DNA of 63,762 nucleotides, counting the filler. It is 4 parts of 4 records of this genome, joined end to end, with 100 filler letters (N's around TTAATTAATTAA, not from the genome) between each part and the next. Parts side by side here need not be neighbours in the genome. Positions count along the whole stretch, not along the records: positions 42,808 to 56,492 come from DRR378314_642; positions 56,593 to 63,762 come from DRR378314_646; 2 more parts are not named here. One strand, written 5' to 3'. A program made the position numbers and the translations under genes. The notes under the pieces were generated by a model. That model was not told the origin of the DNA. It saw only the letters and a program-made list of their open reading frames with translations, and made no database searches. Shown in pieces: positions 50,069 through 61,557 of the stretch (its first letter is position 1; each line of letters opens with the position of its first letter).

Positions 50069-52212
50069 TTACAGGTTCATGCGCTTCGCCTCTTCCTGCT
50101 CGAGAACCTTGCGCTTGCGGTCCATGACGACCTGGCTCTTCTGGCCAAGGCGACCACCGCCCCACTGCAGCCCAAGAAGAAACACAAAGAAATAAATAAT
50201 TGAAAAAATGAGACGAGAAAAGGAAATCAGGCTAGACGAGGCACGTCCCGTCCACTCTAAACCACCATTTGATTCGCAGCGTCATGCGTCGCAGCGGTTT
50301 GACAAAGATACGGGTGCACAAGAACACGCAGAACCCATTTCCGCAGGAGCAGGTTGAGAGATAGCGGCGCCGATGACAACCGCGGCACAACGCACCGTCT
50401 TGCGGAGCGTGTCGAAGCGGTCGTTGTACAGCTCCTTGCACAGATCCACAATCTTGCCAAAGGCGGCCTTATCCGCTGCGCGCACATCCGTAATGGCGAG
50501 GGCTGTCGCGGTCTTCTTGTGCACAATCTGCCCGAGGCGCGACTTGCCCTTGATGATGCAGAAGGGAACGCCCATCTTGCGGCACAGGACAGGAAGCCAC
50601 ACAACGATTTCGATCGGGTCGACATCGTGCGCAATCACAACCAGCTTGGCGCGCTTCTCCTCAACGAGCTTCGTCACATGGTTGATGCCACTCTTGACAA
50701 TCAGCGGCTTCTCCGACGCAGTGTCCTTTCCGGCGGCTTTGCTCTCGGCGGCGGCAGTCAAGCGGGCCTTCTTCTCCGCGCTCGTCTCCGGTGCGTACTT
50801 CTTCAGCAGACGAAGAAGCTCCGCAGCTGCACAGTGAAACCAGCAGCGAGCAGCCCGTTAGTTCGCCTCGCACTCGCAGGGAGAACCATCAACAAAAAGG
50901 CAAGAATGCCCAGGAAATCACAGGCCCGAAACGCACGATCAACGCGCGAATCTCTCTCACGCGAGCAAAGCAAGGTATATACCGGGCTCAGGTGCGCGGG
51001 AAAATGTTTGCGATGGGAGGCAGAGCGTAAGCGAGTACGACCCGGCACAGCAGGTAGCACAGCCACCGCAGCCGCGCGCCCGCGCGGCGCGCGCACAGCC
51101 CTCGTGCCCCTGCAACGCCATCGCAGCAAGAGCGGCGGCCACGCGAAACCGGCAGCGCAGACGAAGCATTTGCACTCCGCCAATAATCACCAATGCTAGC
51201 TTCTATACTTCGACCTACGCCATATCGCGAAACATGGCACTCGTATGCGGCTACATGGGTTCCCTTATGGAGCACTGCGGAACGAGGCCGAGCCGACGAA
51301 ACACCGCAACACACAGCCGACCCGGCGTTTGCAGGAGCGCGCCACGCAGCACCCGGCCGAGAAGCGCTGCCGCGCCCTGACCGCGTTCCGAATTCCAAGC
51401 TCACTAAAACGCTTTCTTGCTTCTCACGACCATTCACCAACACCTTTACCCGGTCATACAATAATGAACCATCCCAATATGATCGTTACCGAGCCATTGC
51501 GAAGCGCGTGTCGCGCGGAAAACTCGGGTGAAGCGGAAGGCCACTGCAGCTCCGCGACGGCAAGCACGCGGTGGCACCCGAGCGACGCCCAAGCACGGGG
51601 CCCCCGCACAGTGCCTCGCCGCTGCGCTTGCACTGCAGACGGCTGCGTAGGAGCACCGAGCGCTCGCGCCTCTCTTCCAGCCCCTCCACCGCACACTCTC
51701 CCGTACGCAACGCAATCAAGATCCACGTACCCTGGTTCTTGTCGATGGTGTTCGAGAAGAGGTTGATCATCGGCGGAATCTTGAGGCGGTCAACAAGAAC
51801 GCGCTTCTGGCGCTGAATGCGCACATACTTCGGCCAGCGCACAAAGTGGCGAAGGTCGCGCTTGGGAGGCAGTGCCTGGCCGATGCCAAACACGCGAGAC
51901 TTCTTCTCAAAGATCGTGGACGAATCCGCGGCTGAGCCGCCGTCGCTCTTTCCGGTCTTCTTAACCTGCAACCATTGAGGCGCACGAATTGTTGTTACGC
52001 CTACGTTAGACATGCGGTGACGAACTGCAGGATCCGTACGGGAAGATGCAGCAATATCTCGGCACCGCACGCGCAGAGGCAGGCAGACGAAGCGCCCGTT
52101 CCGCACGAACAGAAGCGAGCTACGGTGCGCACACACACGCTGGCACACACCCGCACACACACGCTGACTGGCCGCTGCCCTGCGGGCAGGGGGGCGCAGC
52201 CACGCACACCAT
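50069..52212 (-). CDS. RPL7A: 60S ribosomal protein L7a (eL8), four coding exons
   Basis: Exons 52212-52210 (ATG only), 51965-51731, 50826-50396, 50164-50069 total 765 nt in frame; '[20 protein letters not shown]', '[15 protein letters not shown]'-like motif, 'WGGG.LG.KS'. Confidence 0.95.
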
Positions 52213-53456
52213 ACAAAAACCTACGACGCAGGCGGGCCCCTCCTACGCGCAGTGCGCGCTCGGCAAACTACGGCACCGTGTGATCGCACGCCACCCCACA
52301 CTCCTAAAAATTACGAACACAAACTGTGTCGAGCACACTGAATCCTCTTCGAAATGCACGCGGCGTGGTGTTCGACTGCGGGTACATGAGGGCGCTCGCG
52401 CTGCCGCAGGCGGATGAGCCGCGCGGTGGCACGACGAAAGCACGGCCGCAGCCGCCGCGAGCAACAAAACACAATTGCACCAGAACAAACTCCACTGCAA
52501 AAGCACCCCCCACACGAGCCGGCACACGGCCGAGAGCACAAGCATAGCCATTCCCATCACATGTACAGCGCGCATGCCTTCCTCGGAAAGCGCAAGCGGA
52601 CATGAAGAAAAAAAAAAGGCGCCGCGCGCTACGCGGAATACAGAGTGACGGCGCTCTCGCCTTCGCTTGGACAGCAAACCGCAGACATACCATCGCGGCT
52701 TCCTGAAGAGGCGTGACAGAGGAAGTGCTTTTTCCTGACTAGCGCGGCACGCAGGGCATGAGCCGACCACACCGAGCAGCGAGGCTGATCTTGCGCTGCA
52801 CGGTGTCAACTCTCGAAAATACCCAACCCTAGAGACACTCAATGCAAATCTTTGGAGTTAGACTGTCGAAAGTAGAGTAGATGAGACATATATTAAACAA
52901 CATCCTCCACAAAGTATCAAAAGGGAGCGAGGCAACACCTGAAACCTATCGTACACATTTTGGACACAAGTACGAGACGCAACGCGACAAGCTCTTGCCG
53001 AATCAGACAGGGCATGCAGGCAGCCTGCGCGGAGGCGTGCCAAACCTACGGCAGCGCATACCCCGGAGTCGTCTGCTTGCTTCCGTGCGGCTCTACTCAC
53101 AGAACACCACGCCGTTGCGCAATACCCATATTCCTACCTCACAGCGTGCAACAGGGGTCCTTAACGTACTCGACGACTGTGTCATAGCGAGAGGAAGGGG
53201 AGGGCTTGTGCCTACCTGTGCGTAACTTGCCCCGCTCTGTTTGCCCCAGCACTATCGTTTGCGCTCGTGCTGCGGTTCCGCATACAAGCCGAGGACAGCA
53301 TCTCGCGCGGCGCTTGCTCGTCCGTGTGGGAGCACTTCATTCGCGCTTCCGCAAGCAAAGCGAGCAACCTTTTGCGCAGCAACATTGTGCCTCGGGTCGC
53401 ACTGGATACAATTTCTCGAAAGTATACACCGTGTACGCCATTTTTTTTTAGGAGAA

Positions 53457-56403
53457 ATGGCGAGTATTGCAGAAGTCCAACGGCGACTCAACTCTCTGCA
53501 GCGAGAACGAGCCCGTCTCGACCACACCCTGCGCCTTGCCGGAGGAGAGGTGCGCGCAGCTTGCCTGCCGTCAGTGCCGGTGTCAGCTCACACTCCCAAG
53601 CCCGCAACGGTGCCGCTCTCGCACACATGTGACGTTCGTATCATTGTTTGTCGAGCAACGTAATTTCCGAGTAGAACACCGGAGAGACCGTCTTGGTCAG
53701 CACGATGTGCCCGGCCCCCTTGCGGTCCGCGCGCCGAGCAGCGTGCTGTGCCGCCGTTCCGCACTGCGCCACCTGCGCTTCCGCACCCCAGTTTGCAGCG
53801 CATAGGCGCGGCCCGCCGATGGAAAGCGTCTGCGTGCTTTGCAACAAAACCAAACTTATGAGATGTAACGAGAAGTTTGATCTCCACTTCGGTAGTACGC
53901 AAGTTCGTCGTTCCGTCGCGTGCATTACTACAGAGTGTCTGGCAGAAGCCGCAGCTAGCCGTACGCCACTTCCTGCACATTCGACGGCAAAAGCGCACGC
54001 GCTCGCTCCTGTTCTGCGCCTCTCTCGTGCAATCCCCAGGAGCAATATCTATTTTTGCGCTCCATTTTCCCCATTCATATGTATATTCCAAGAGTAGCAC
54101 GTGCTCTTTCGTAAATAATGCGGCTCAAATGCTACCCGACTCTTCGTGACGCACCCGCGACCCCGCCTCTTTCCCCCGCTGCGCGAAAACTCTGTGTGTG
54201 CGCCCTGCTGCTCTCGCAACAGGAGCTCTTCATACGCCGGCGTGTGTGCGCCGTCGGAATGCAGCACATAGCTCCACACCTCTTGCATCAGATGCAGAAA
54301 TCAGTGCCAGCATTATGTATTGCGACCCAAGCCGCTATCGAATAGGACAACTGCGCGTAGCATATCTCACACGCTGCTTTCCGCAGAGCTCCCTAAGCCT
54401 TGCCAGCCGCTTCAGTAGAGCCAAACGTGCAAGGCAAAGCCTCAAGATGCGTCTATCAAATCTGGTATACAGCGTATTTGCTTGCACAAAGTGCTACGAA
54501 ATGACTAACGCTGGGCATCTCCAATGCGTGTAACGCCACTGAAAACGTGCAGGGATCTCGCGGGCGCAGCAGAGGGAATGGGCCTCGAAGGGGAACTACA
54601 AGGTATGCAAGCCCAAGCAGCATGGGCAGGGAAACGTGCCAGTCGCAATGCGCATTGCCTGCATATCATTACCCTGGCCGATGGAGACTTATCACGCGCG
54701 TCAAGTGTCATTCGGGTTCCTCGGTGACTTTCAAGAGGTAAAACTGTTGCCTGTACGTCGCACTGTCACTACCGTCCGGAGAATTGCTTGCTCGCTGCTC
54801 GGTAGCTCGCGCGACGATGCGATGCACCCGGGTTGTGCGTTCGTCTCAGGCAATTGTCCTTTTGTTTCGATTAATGATGTGCATTTGCCGGTAGGCTGGG
54901 AGGAAGTGGGCGTTACGAGCCGCGTCCAGCGATGTCGATGCAAACGGAGACAAGCCAGAGCGAAGGAGCCCCGCACGATGCAGGCAAGAGAAAGCTCTCA
55001 TCGGTCCTGGGAGACGAAACCAAGCCGCGGGTGCATGATGATGACCACCCCAAGGTACGCGCTGTGATGTGCGCTATCCGCAGGGACTTTCGCGAAGCGG
55101 ACATGTTCCCGGCCGACCACACCGGGTGCTCTTTATGAGCGGCCGTGCAAACGGCAGTCTCCAGTGTGCCAGGCGAGCCTGGTCATCTCCCGCCCCTCCC
55201 TGCGTCGTACAGAACGATCCTGCCTCCCCGCTTATCCGCCTTCGTCCCTTTTTTTCCAAACGATTTTTGTGACGATAGATGTGCATGTAGCATTTTGAAT
55301 CGTCAAGCGAAAAAATATTGCTCCTCTGTTGCACGCATAGCCCTTCTCTCGGCGCCGAATTCCCGCAGGTCTTCTGCAGCGAGCCCGCGCGTCATGCGCT
55401 TCCAACTGCGAGCGGTGGCACTAAAACTCCTTTGTCACCCGTATCGTTCCGCCCGTGCTCGCCGCACGATCGGATCCCCTGCAGCGACCTCGCTGGACAA
55501 GTGAAATTGTTGAGCCCTCGCAGCCGCGCACAGCATCGCAGACGTATGCAGTTGCGAACAATTCCGAGATCAAGCAACGCAACCGCCGAATGTTCGGTGG
55601 CCTGCTCGGGTTCCTTGCCAAGGTATGACGCGCGCGCGCCAATGTAAATCTCCCTTGTAGGCCTTAGGTGCTTGATGATACGAACCAATGTTGAATACTG
55701 AATGATAACTGTAAAGCGGGTTGTGTTGTGCGTGGCGTACTCTGGAGTTTCTTTGCGGACGAGTCTGTGTGCGCACCAGAAGACGTGCACTCTGTTTGTG
55801 TCGTGTAGGCGCCACAAGGCCTATGTTTCCGGTGTGACCGTAATGCCCTAAAATAACGCATCGCTTTGCGTTTCATCTCCAGGCAAACGATGAAGGTCGC
55901 CGCGCTGCAAAAGACGAAAAACGCACCGAAATTGAAAAGAAAGTAAATAAACGCCTCGAGCAAGAAAAACAAGGTACAGAAAGCGGCGAAGAGCGCTCGC
56001 ATGCAACGAGTACTGCGTGCGGGTCCGCAGAGTGCTGCAGAGTATTCCCTGCACGATCGTTCGCCATCGATAGAAGGGAAGCAACTGCGAATGATTGCGC
56101 TTCTGTAACGCAGTGAGATGCATTTCTGAATGAATCAGCAACCTGACGTATGCACCCGGTGTGGGGTGCGGCGTTTCGCATTTTATTTTATTTTTTTCCT
56201 CGCATCCGCGCGAGCCGGCTGGCAAACTTCCTTATTGTGTGTTTCGAATGTTCTCGTCCGGCACTTGGACGGCTGCAGAGGCGGCTGCTCGAGCGCAGGA
56301 ACGCCGCGAGCAACGAGCACAAGAGCGAGCGGCCGCATCGCGCGAGATGCATGCGGATCTGGAGCAGAAGAGGCGGGAGATCGTGCTTCAGCAAAAGCTG
56401 TTG
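53457..56403 (+). CDS. pinin/SDK/MemA-like protein, multi-exon, 3' end cut by contig end
   Basis: First exon MASIAEVQRRL (53457-53549); exon ending 55622 encodes 'KQRNRRMFGGLLGFL' (pinin signature); following exons are charged coiled-coil. Internal exon set not fully resolved. Confidence 0.75.
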
Positions 56404-56492
56404 GTACGTACGCCGCGCCGCAGAGGGCTGCGCGTTCGAGCGTTTTGCGGTTCGCACACCCGTGACGGACCGTTGTGCGGGGCACGCCGTGC

Positions 56493-56592
56493 NNNNNNNN
56501 NNNNNNNNNNNNNNNNNNNNNNNNNNNNNNNNNNNNTTAATTAATTAANNNNNNNNNNNNNNNNNNNNNNNNNNNNNNNNNNNNNNNNNNNN
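56493..56592. other. artificial contig spacer
   Basis: 44 N + TTAATTAATTAA + 44 N. Confidence 0.99.
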
Positions 56593-56680
56593 CGCACGAG
56601 GCGATTTTTAACGCAGTATGGCAAAGCGTAATAGTTAATCAGAGGTTTTCCAGAAACACTTGTAGAGGTCACCCTTCACC

Positions 56681-58750
56681 ATGACGCCCCAACCGCCAAA
56701 GAGCATTCTTAGCCGCATTAAAGGGCTAAACCCGCGCCAGCAGGAAGCGGTGCGCTATATCGATGGCCCCTGCTTGGTCTTGGCGGGCGCCGGGTCTGGT
56801 AAAACCAGCGTTATTACCACCAAAATTGCCTATCTGGTGCAAGAGTGCGGCATGAGCGCGCGCAAAATAGCGGCGGTTACCTTCACCAATAAAGCCGCCC
56901 GGGAGATGAAAGAGCGCGTTGGGCAAATGTTAAAGGGTAAAGAGGGCCACGGGCTAACGGTGTCGACGTTTCACAATCTGGGCCTGAATATTATTCGCGG
57001 CGAGCTGAAAACCCTGGGCTACAAGCCGGGCTTTTCGTTGTTCGACCCGGAAGATGCCAAAGCACTGCTGCGCGATTTGATGAACAAAGACGCTCAGGTA
57101 GACGCCGAGCAGATCAACGCTGTGCAAGCCAAAATATCCACGTGGAAGAACGATTTAGTGCTGCCCAGTGATGCGCTTTCGTTTGCCGCGGATGATGACG
57201 AGCACTTTGCCGCACGGGTTTATGAAGCTTATGTACGCCACTTGAAAGCCTATAACGCGGTGGATTTCGACGATCTGATTCTGCTGCCGGTGGTGCTCCT
57301 GCAACGCGACCCAGAGGCACTGGCCCGCTGGCGGAACAAAATCCACTACATGCTAGTGGATGAGTATCAGGACACTAACGTTTCCCAGTACCTGTTGGTG
57401 AAACTGCTGATGGCCGAGCGGGCGACCTTTACCGTGGTCGGCGATGACGACCAGTCGATCTACGCGTGGCGCGGCGCACGGCCTGAAAACCTAGTGACCC
57501 TTGGCGAAGACTTCCCACGCCTGAAAGTGGTTAAGCTGGAGCAGAATTACCGCTCGACCGGCACTATTTTGCGCGCGGCCAACACGTTAATTGCCAATAA
57601 CCCGCACGTTTACGATAAAACCTTGTGGTCGGATATGGGCGATGGCGCGCCTATCCGGGTTATCGTCAACCGCCATGAAGAGGCGGAGTCCGAGCGGGTA
57701 GCCAGCGAAATGCTGACTCGGCGCATCAAAGAGAAGGCGGAATGGCGAGATTTTGCGGTGCTCTATCGGGGTAATTTTCAGGCACGTTTATTAGAGCTCA
57801 AGCTGCAGCATTACCAAATTCCCTACAAGCTTTCCGGTGGTACGTCGTTTTTCTCTCGCAACGAGATCAAGGACACCATGGCCTATCTGCGGCTGTTAAT
57901 TAATCCCGCCGATGACAATGCCTTTTTACGCATTGTGAACGTGCCCCGCCGTGAAATCGGCCCCGGCACGCTGGAAAAGCTGGCCAACTATGCAACAGAA
58001 CGCTCTATTTCGCTGTTTGCTGCCTGCCACGAGCTGGGGTTAGAGCAAACGCTGCCGACTCGGGCCGTGGAGCGCCTGTCACGCTTTACGCACTTTATTG
58101 ATGGCGTGCGCAAACGCATGGATCAAGACGATGCCATCGCGGCCATTCGCGACATGCTGCGCGATATGGATTACGAGGCGTGGTTGTACCAAAACGCCAG
58201 CGCCCCGACCGTCGCTGAACGGCGCATGGCCAACGTTTGGATTTTGATTGATCAGCTAGAAAAGTCGCTAAACCGCGATCCCGAAGATGCTGATGATTCC
58301 ACTGCGACGGAAACCGATGGCGTCGAAGCTGCTATTTCGCGTTTAGTGCTTCGGGATATTCTTGAGCAACAGGCCGAAGAAGACGACTCCGACCGTGTGC
58401 AACTACTCACTATGCATGCCTCGAAAGGGCTGGAGTTTCCCCATGTGTATTTGATGGGCTTAGAGGAAGACTTGCTGCCCCACCGTAACGCTATTGAAAT
58501 GGAGACGGTAGAAGAAGAGCGCCGCTTGGCTTATGTCGGCATCACCCGGGCAAGACGCACGCTAACACTGACGCTAGCCCGCCAGCGTAAAGCGTATGGT
58601 GAACTGATGGACTGCCAGCCCAGCCGCTTTTTAGACGAACTGCCTGCTGATGATTTGGAGTGGGAGGGACGCGCCGATAAAGAAGACCCCGAGAAAAAGC
58701 AGGCACGCGGACAAGACGCGATTGCCGGGCTGCGTTCTCTGTTGGGTTAG
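56681..58750 (+). CDS. rep: ATP-dependent DNA helicase Rep
   Basis: LAGAGSGKT, VTFTNKAAREM, VDEYQDTN, VGDDDQSIY, LEQNYRS, HASKGLEF, EEERRLAYVGITRA; AVLYRGN motif and short C-terminus fit Rep rather than UvrD. Confidence 0.95.
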   Translation: MTPQPPKSILSRIKGLNPRQQEAVRYIDGPCLVLAGAGSGKTSVITTKIAYLVQECGMSARKIAAVTFTNKAAREMKERVGQMLKGKEGHGLTVSTFHNLGLNIIRGELKTLGYKPGFSLFDPEDAKALLRDLMNKDAQVDAEQINAVQAKISTWKNDLVLPSDALSFAADDDEHFAARVYEAYVRHLKAYNAVDFDDLILLPVVLLQRDPEALARWRNKIHYMLVDEYQDTNVSQYLLVKLLMAERATFTVVGDDDQSIYAWRGARPENLVTLGEDFPRLKVVKLEQNYRSTGTILRAANTLIANNPHVYDKTLWSDMGDGAPIRVIVNRHEEAESERVASEMLTRRIKEKAEWRDFAVLYRGNFQARLLELKLQHYQIPYKLSGGTSFFSRNEIKDTMAYLRLLINPADDNAFLRIVNVPRREIGPGTLEKLANYATERSISLFAACHELGLEQTLPTRAVERLSRFTHFIDGVRKRMDQDDAIAAIRDMLRDMDYEAWLYQNASAPTVAERRMANVWILIDQLEKSLNRDPEDADDSTATETDGVEAAISRLVLRDILEQQAEEDDSDRVQLLTMHASKGLEFPHVYLMGLEEDLLPHRNAIEMETVEEERRLAYVGITRARRTLTLTLARQRKAYGELMDCQPSRFLDELPADDLEWEGRADKEDPEKKQARGQDAIAGLRSLLG

Positions 58751-58781
58751 CGGCAAGTTAAGAAAATAAAACACAAAAAAA

Positions 58782-58816
58782 TATCCACAGGGGGTTTCAA
58801 AACCCACCTGTGGATA
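58782..58816. terminator. hairpin between convergent rep and cytochrome c5 genes
   Basis: TATCCACAGG-GGGTTT-CA-AAACCC-A-CCTGTGGATA with an A-run on the left side. Confidence 0.7.
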
Positions 58817-58845
58817 AATTTAACAGCCATTATTACAAAAACTGT

Positions 58846-59685
58846 TTATTGCACTGCTGAGACCATGTAATCGACAACGGCCATGATCTCTTCGTCAGAG
58901 GCACTGCTACCACCGCGTGGCGGCATCACGCCTTTGCCGTTAAATACACTTTGATAGAGCGCATCGGTACCCTGCTCGATACGCGGGCCCCACGCTTCGG
59001 CATCGCCTAGCTTGGGCGCACCAGCGACACCGGCAGCATGGCAAGCCACACAACCAGCACTGGCGTAAAGCGCTTCACCATCTAAACCGCTGCCACCACT
59101 TGAAGCTTCGTCTTCACTGGCAACTGCTTCTTCTTCACTAGCTGCAGCGTCAGTTGTCTCTTCACCGGCATCCTCTGTCACAGCCGTGTCGTCGCTGGCG
59201 CCCTCTTCGCTCGCCTCAGCAGCCGCTTCTTCTTCACCGCCCCCTAGCTCGGGAACGTCCATGACAGGCTCAACCATGTAAGCCACTGCCGCTTCCATCT
59301 CTTCGTCAGAAAGGTTGGGGTTGCCGCCTCGAGCAGGCATTGCACCAATACCGTTGATGGCATGCTCTAATAACGTGGCAAAGCCTTGCTCAGTACGTTC
59401 AGCCCATGCGGCTTCATCAGCACGCACCGGAGCGCCAGCAGCGCCGGTTTCGTGGCACGCCATACAGATATTGTTGTAAATACCTTCGCCATCGATCTCA
59501 CCACCGCCACTAGCGGCGGCCGGTGCTGCTGCGGTACCACAGTCTTGGCCTTGCAAGCAAAGTTGACCTACCGGCGCTAGGCGCTCAGCGATTGCGTCAC
59601 GTGCTGCGTCTTGGGCATAAGCACCGGATGTGCCTGCCATGACGCCTAGGGCCGCCAGCCCGCTCATGATCAGCTTAGATTTCAC
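58846..59685 (-). CDS. di-heme cytochrome c5 family protein
   Basis: Likely GTG start (VKSKLIMSG); 'ERLAPVGQ'; two CxxCH motifs (CMACH, CVACH), each followed by GAP and MP.RGG; acidic Ala/Glu linker. Confidence 0.92.
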   Translation of the reverse strand: MKSKLIMSGLAALGVMAGTSGAYAQDAARDAIAERLAPVGQLCLQGQDCGTAAAPAAASGGGEIDGEGIYNNICMACHETGAAGAPVRADEAAWAERTEQGFATLLEHAINGIGAMPARGGNPNLSDEEMEAAVAYMVEPVMDVPELGGGEEEAAAEASEEGASDDTAVTEDAGEETTDAAASEEEAVASEDEASSGGSGLDGEALYASAGCVACHAAGVAGAPKLGDAEAWGPRIEQGTDALYQSVFNGKGVMPPRGGSSASDEEIMAVVDYMVSAVQ

Positions 59686-59908
59686 TCTCACCACCTCTTG
59701 AGTTTTGTCATAAAACGTTTTGTGCTTAACCCCTGCGCGCGGCAGCGACATCATCAACCTGCGGCAACCGAGACGCCAAGACGTGCATATCGCATTAGTA
59801 TACCGAGAACGCTAAGCGTAAGAAAATGCTACTAAGCGCGGCAATTCAACCTATGCCGTACTCTGTGCTTTATTCAGCAGTTTAAAAAAGGTGCCAACGA
59901 TCACCTAG

Positions 59909-60823
59909 TTAACACCAAGCCAGTAAACGCTGCTGAGCATAACGCGTAAACCCTGCCTGAGCATATACACGCTTTGCGGGGATATTCTGCGCATCAACAG
60001 TGAGCGTGATGTCACTGGCTCCCGCCTTGCTAGCCAACGCTTGCGCTTGTTGAATAATTGCCTTGCCCATTCCCCCGCCGCGCCACTCAGGCAACAGCCC
60101 CATCAACTGCAGTGACCAGCGCTGGGTCGTATGGTTAGGCGCAAGTAATAGCACGCCGACGGTTTCCCCCTGATGCTGCACTTGATACCAGTGCTCTGGT
60201 GCCTGCGGCGCTTGGTCATAAAATCCAGCAAGCAAGGTGTCAATGGTGAGCGCTTCGCGAAGCCCTGGGCAGTCTAACGAGCCTTCACTAACGTTCGCTA
60301 CCAGCGCCCGCTGTTGTGCGGGAGACAATTCAGCAAAGGGGCTTAGCGTTAGCAGGTTAGCGAGCGATTGAACGGTTTGGCACTGCCACATAAGGTGCTC
60401 CAGGGTGGCAAGTACCCGCATGTTGTGGGCGACTAGTGGCGTTTCCCAGTGGGTCACATCGTCAGATAACACCACATGACATAGCGCTATCGGCTGCTCG
60501 TTTACCCAGCCCTGCAAGGCTTTCAACAGCGCATCAGTTGCCGAATTAGGTTGCCTGGGCAGCCAAAGCTGTGCCGTTTGATTAGCCAATGGCTGTACCC
60601 AGGCGGCGGCTTCGATATGGCCCGCTTGGGTGGCTATCCAAAGGCCCTGCCAAACAGCGTCACAGCCAGCTTTTATCGTTGATAAGGCATGCTGTAATGC
60701 AGGTTGCTGCGTAGGATCATGCACCGCAGCCAAATGCAGTAATGCTTCACGCCGTTGTTCAGGTGGGCACTGCTTTACTGCGCAGGCTAAGGAGCGGTGG
60801 CCGAAAGAAGAATGACGTGTCAT
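59909..60823 (-). CDS. tandem-domain GNAT family N-acetyltransferase
   Basis: C-terminal 'MGLLPEWRGGGMG', 'LTVDAQNIPAKRVYAQAGF'; likely start MTRHSS. Confidence 0.85.
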   Translation of the reverse strand: MTRHSSFGHRSLACAVKQCPPEQRREALLHLAAVHDPTQQPALQHALSTIKAGCDAVWQGLWIATQAGHIEAAAWVQPLANQTAQLWLPRQPNSATDALLKALQGWVNEQPIALCHVVLSDDVTHWETPLVAHNMRVLATLEHLMWQCQTVQSLANLLTLSPFAELSPAQQRALVANVSEGSLDCPGLREALTIDTLLAGFYDQAPQAPEHWYQVQHQGETVGVLLLAPNHTTQRWSLQLMGLLPEWRGGGMGKAIIQQAQALASKAGASDITLTVDAQNIPAKRVYAQAGFTRYAQQRLLAWC

Positions 60824-60872
60824 GTTACGTTCCTGAGTAGCCCGCCGTGAATGAAAGGAGTCATCCATCGAT

Positions 60873-61532
60873 ATGCGCATTTTACTGGTTGAGGACGACC
60901 CGAGTTTGGCGTTGGGGATTCGTATGGCGCTGAAACCTGAGCACTATACGGTAGATCATTTAGCCGATGGCAATAACGCGCTTCATGCGCTTAAAAATGA
61001 ACCCTTTGATGCGGTCATCCTAGACCTTGGTTTGCCGACGATTGATGGAATGGAAGTGCTGCGCGCTATTCGGCAGCATGGCAGCCAACTGCCGATTTTG
61101 GTTCTAACCGCCCGCGATGCGATGGATAACCGTATTGAAGGATTGGATGCGGGTGCCGACGACTACCTCACTAAACCTTTCGAAGTAGCAGAATTAAAAG
61201 CGCGTCTGCGTGCTTTGTTACGCCGTAGCCAAGGACAAGCCAGCGGCTTGCTCAGCTGTCGTGGGATTAGTTTGGATCCGCAGACCTTACAGGTGAGTTA
61301 TCAACATCAAGTGATCACACTTTCGCGCCGTGAGCTAACGCTGCTGCAGGAGTTTATGAGCCACCCAGGTCGCGTGTTCACCCGCGATACCTTAACGCGA
61401 TTAGTCTACGGCTGGGAGGAGGATGTCGAAAGCAACGCTATCGAAGTGCATATTCACCATTTACGGCGAAAGCTGTTTCCTGAGGTCATCCGCACCGTAA
61501 GAGGGATCGGCTATGTCATGGATAAATCGTGA
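60873..61532 (+). CDS. OmpR-family response regulator (QseB/PmrA-like)
   Basis: MRILLVEDD, ILDLGLP, LTARD, GADDYLTKPF, SNAIEVHIHHLRRKL, IRTVRGIGY. Confidence 0.93.
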   Translation: MRILLVEDDPSLALGIRMALKPEHYTVDHLADGNNALHALKNEPFDAVILDLGLPTIDGMEVLRAIRQHGSQLPILVLTARDAMDNRIEGLDAGADDYLTKPFEVAELKARLRALLRRSQGQASGLLSCRGISLDPQTLQVSYQHQVITLSRRELTLLQEFMSHPGRVFTRDTLTRLVYGWEEDVESNAIEVHIHHLRRKLFPEVIRTVRGIGYVMDKS

Positions 61533-61557
61533 TGATTAAATGGCACCAGGCAAGCCT

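Noticed and set aside
44000-56492. Many 60-350 aa Arg/Ala/Cys-rich ORFs, such as 47733-48797 and 50354-51199
   Set aside because: They are intron read-through or antisense frames of the spliced genes.
21348-56592. Apparent juxtaposition of gammaproteobacterial, Bacteroidota and eukaryotic genes, and the thrice-repeated TTAATTAATTAA
   Set aside because: Identical N-padded linkers mark artificial joins; this is neither horizontal transfer nor a biological repeat.
59090-59245. Acidic low-complexity repeat-like stretch in cytochrome c5
   Set aside because: Ordinary Ala/Glu inter-domain linker between the two heme domains.
59700-59790. Possible structured leader upstream of cytochrome c5
   Set aside because: The hairpin depends on many G-U pairs and matches no riboswitch consensus I can recognise.
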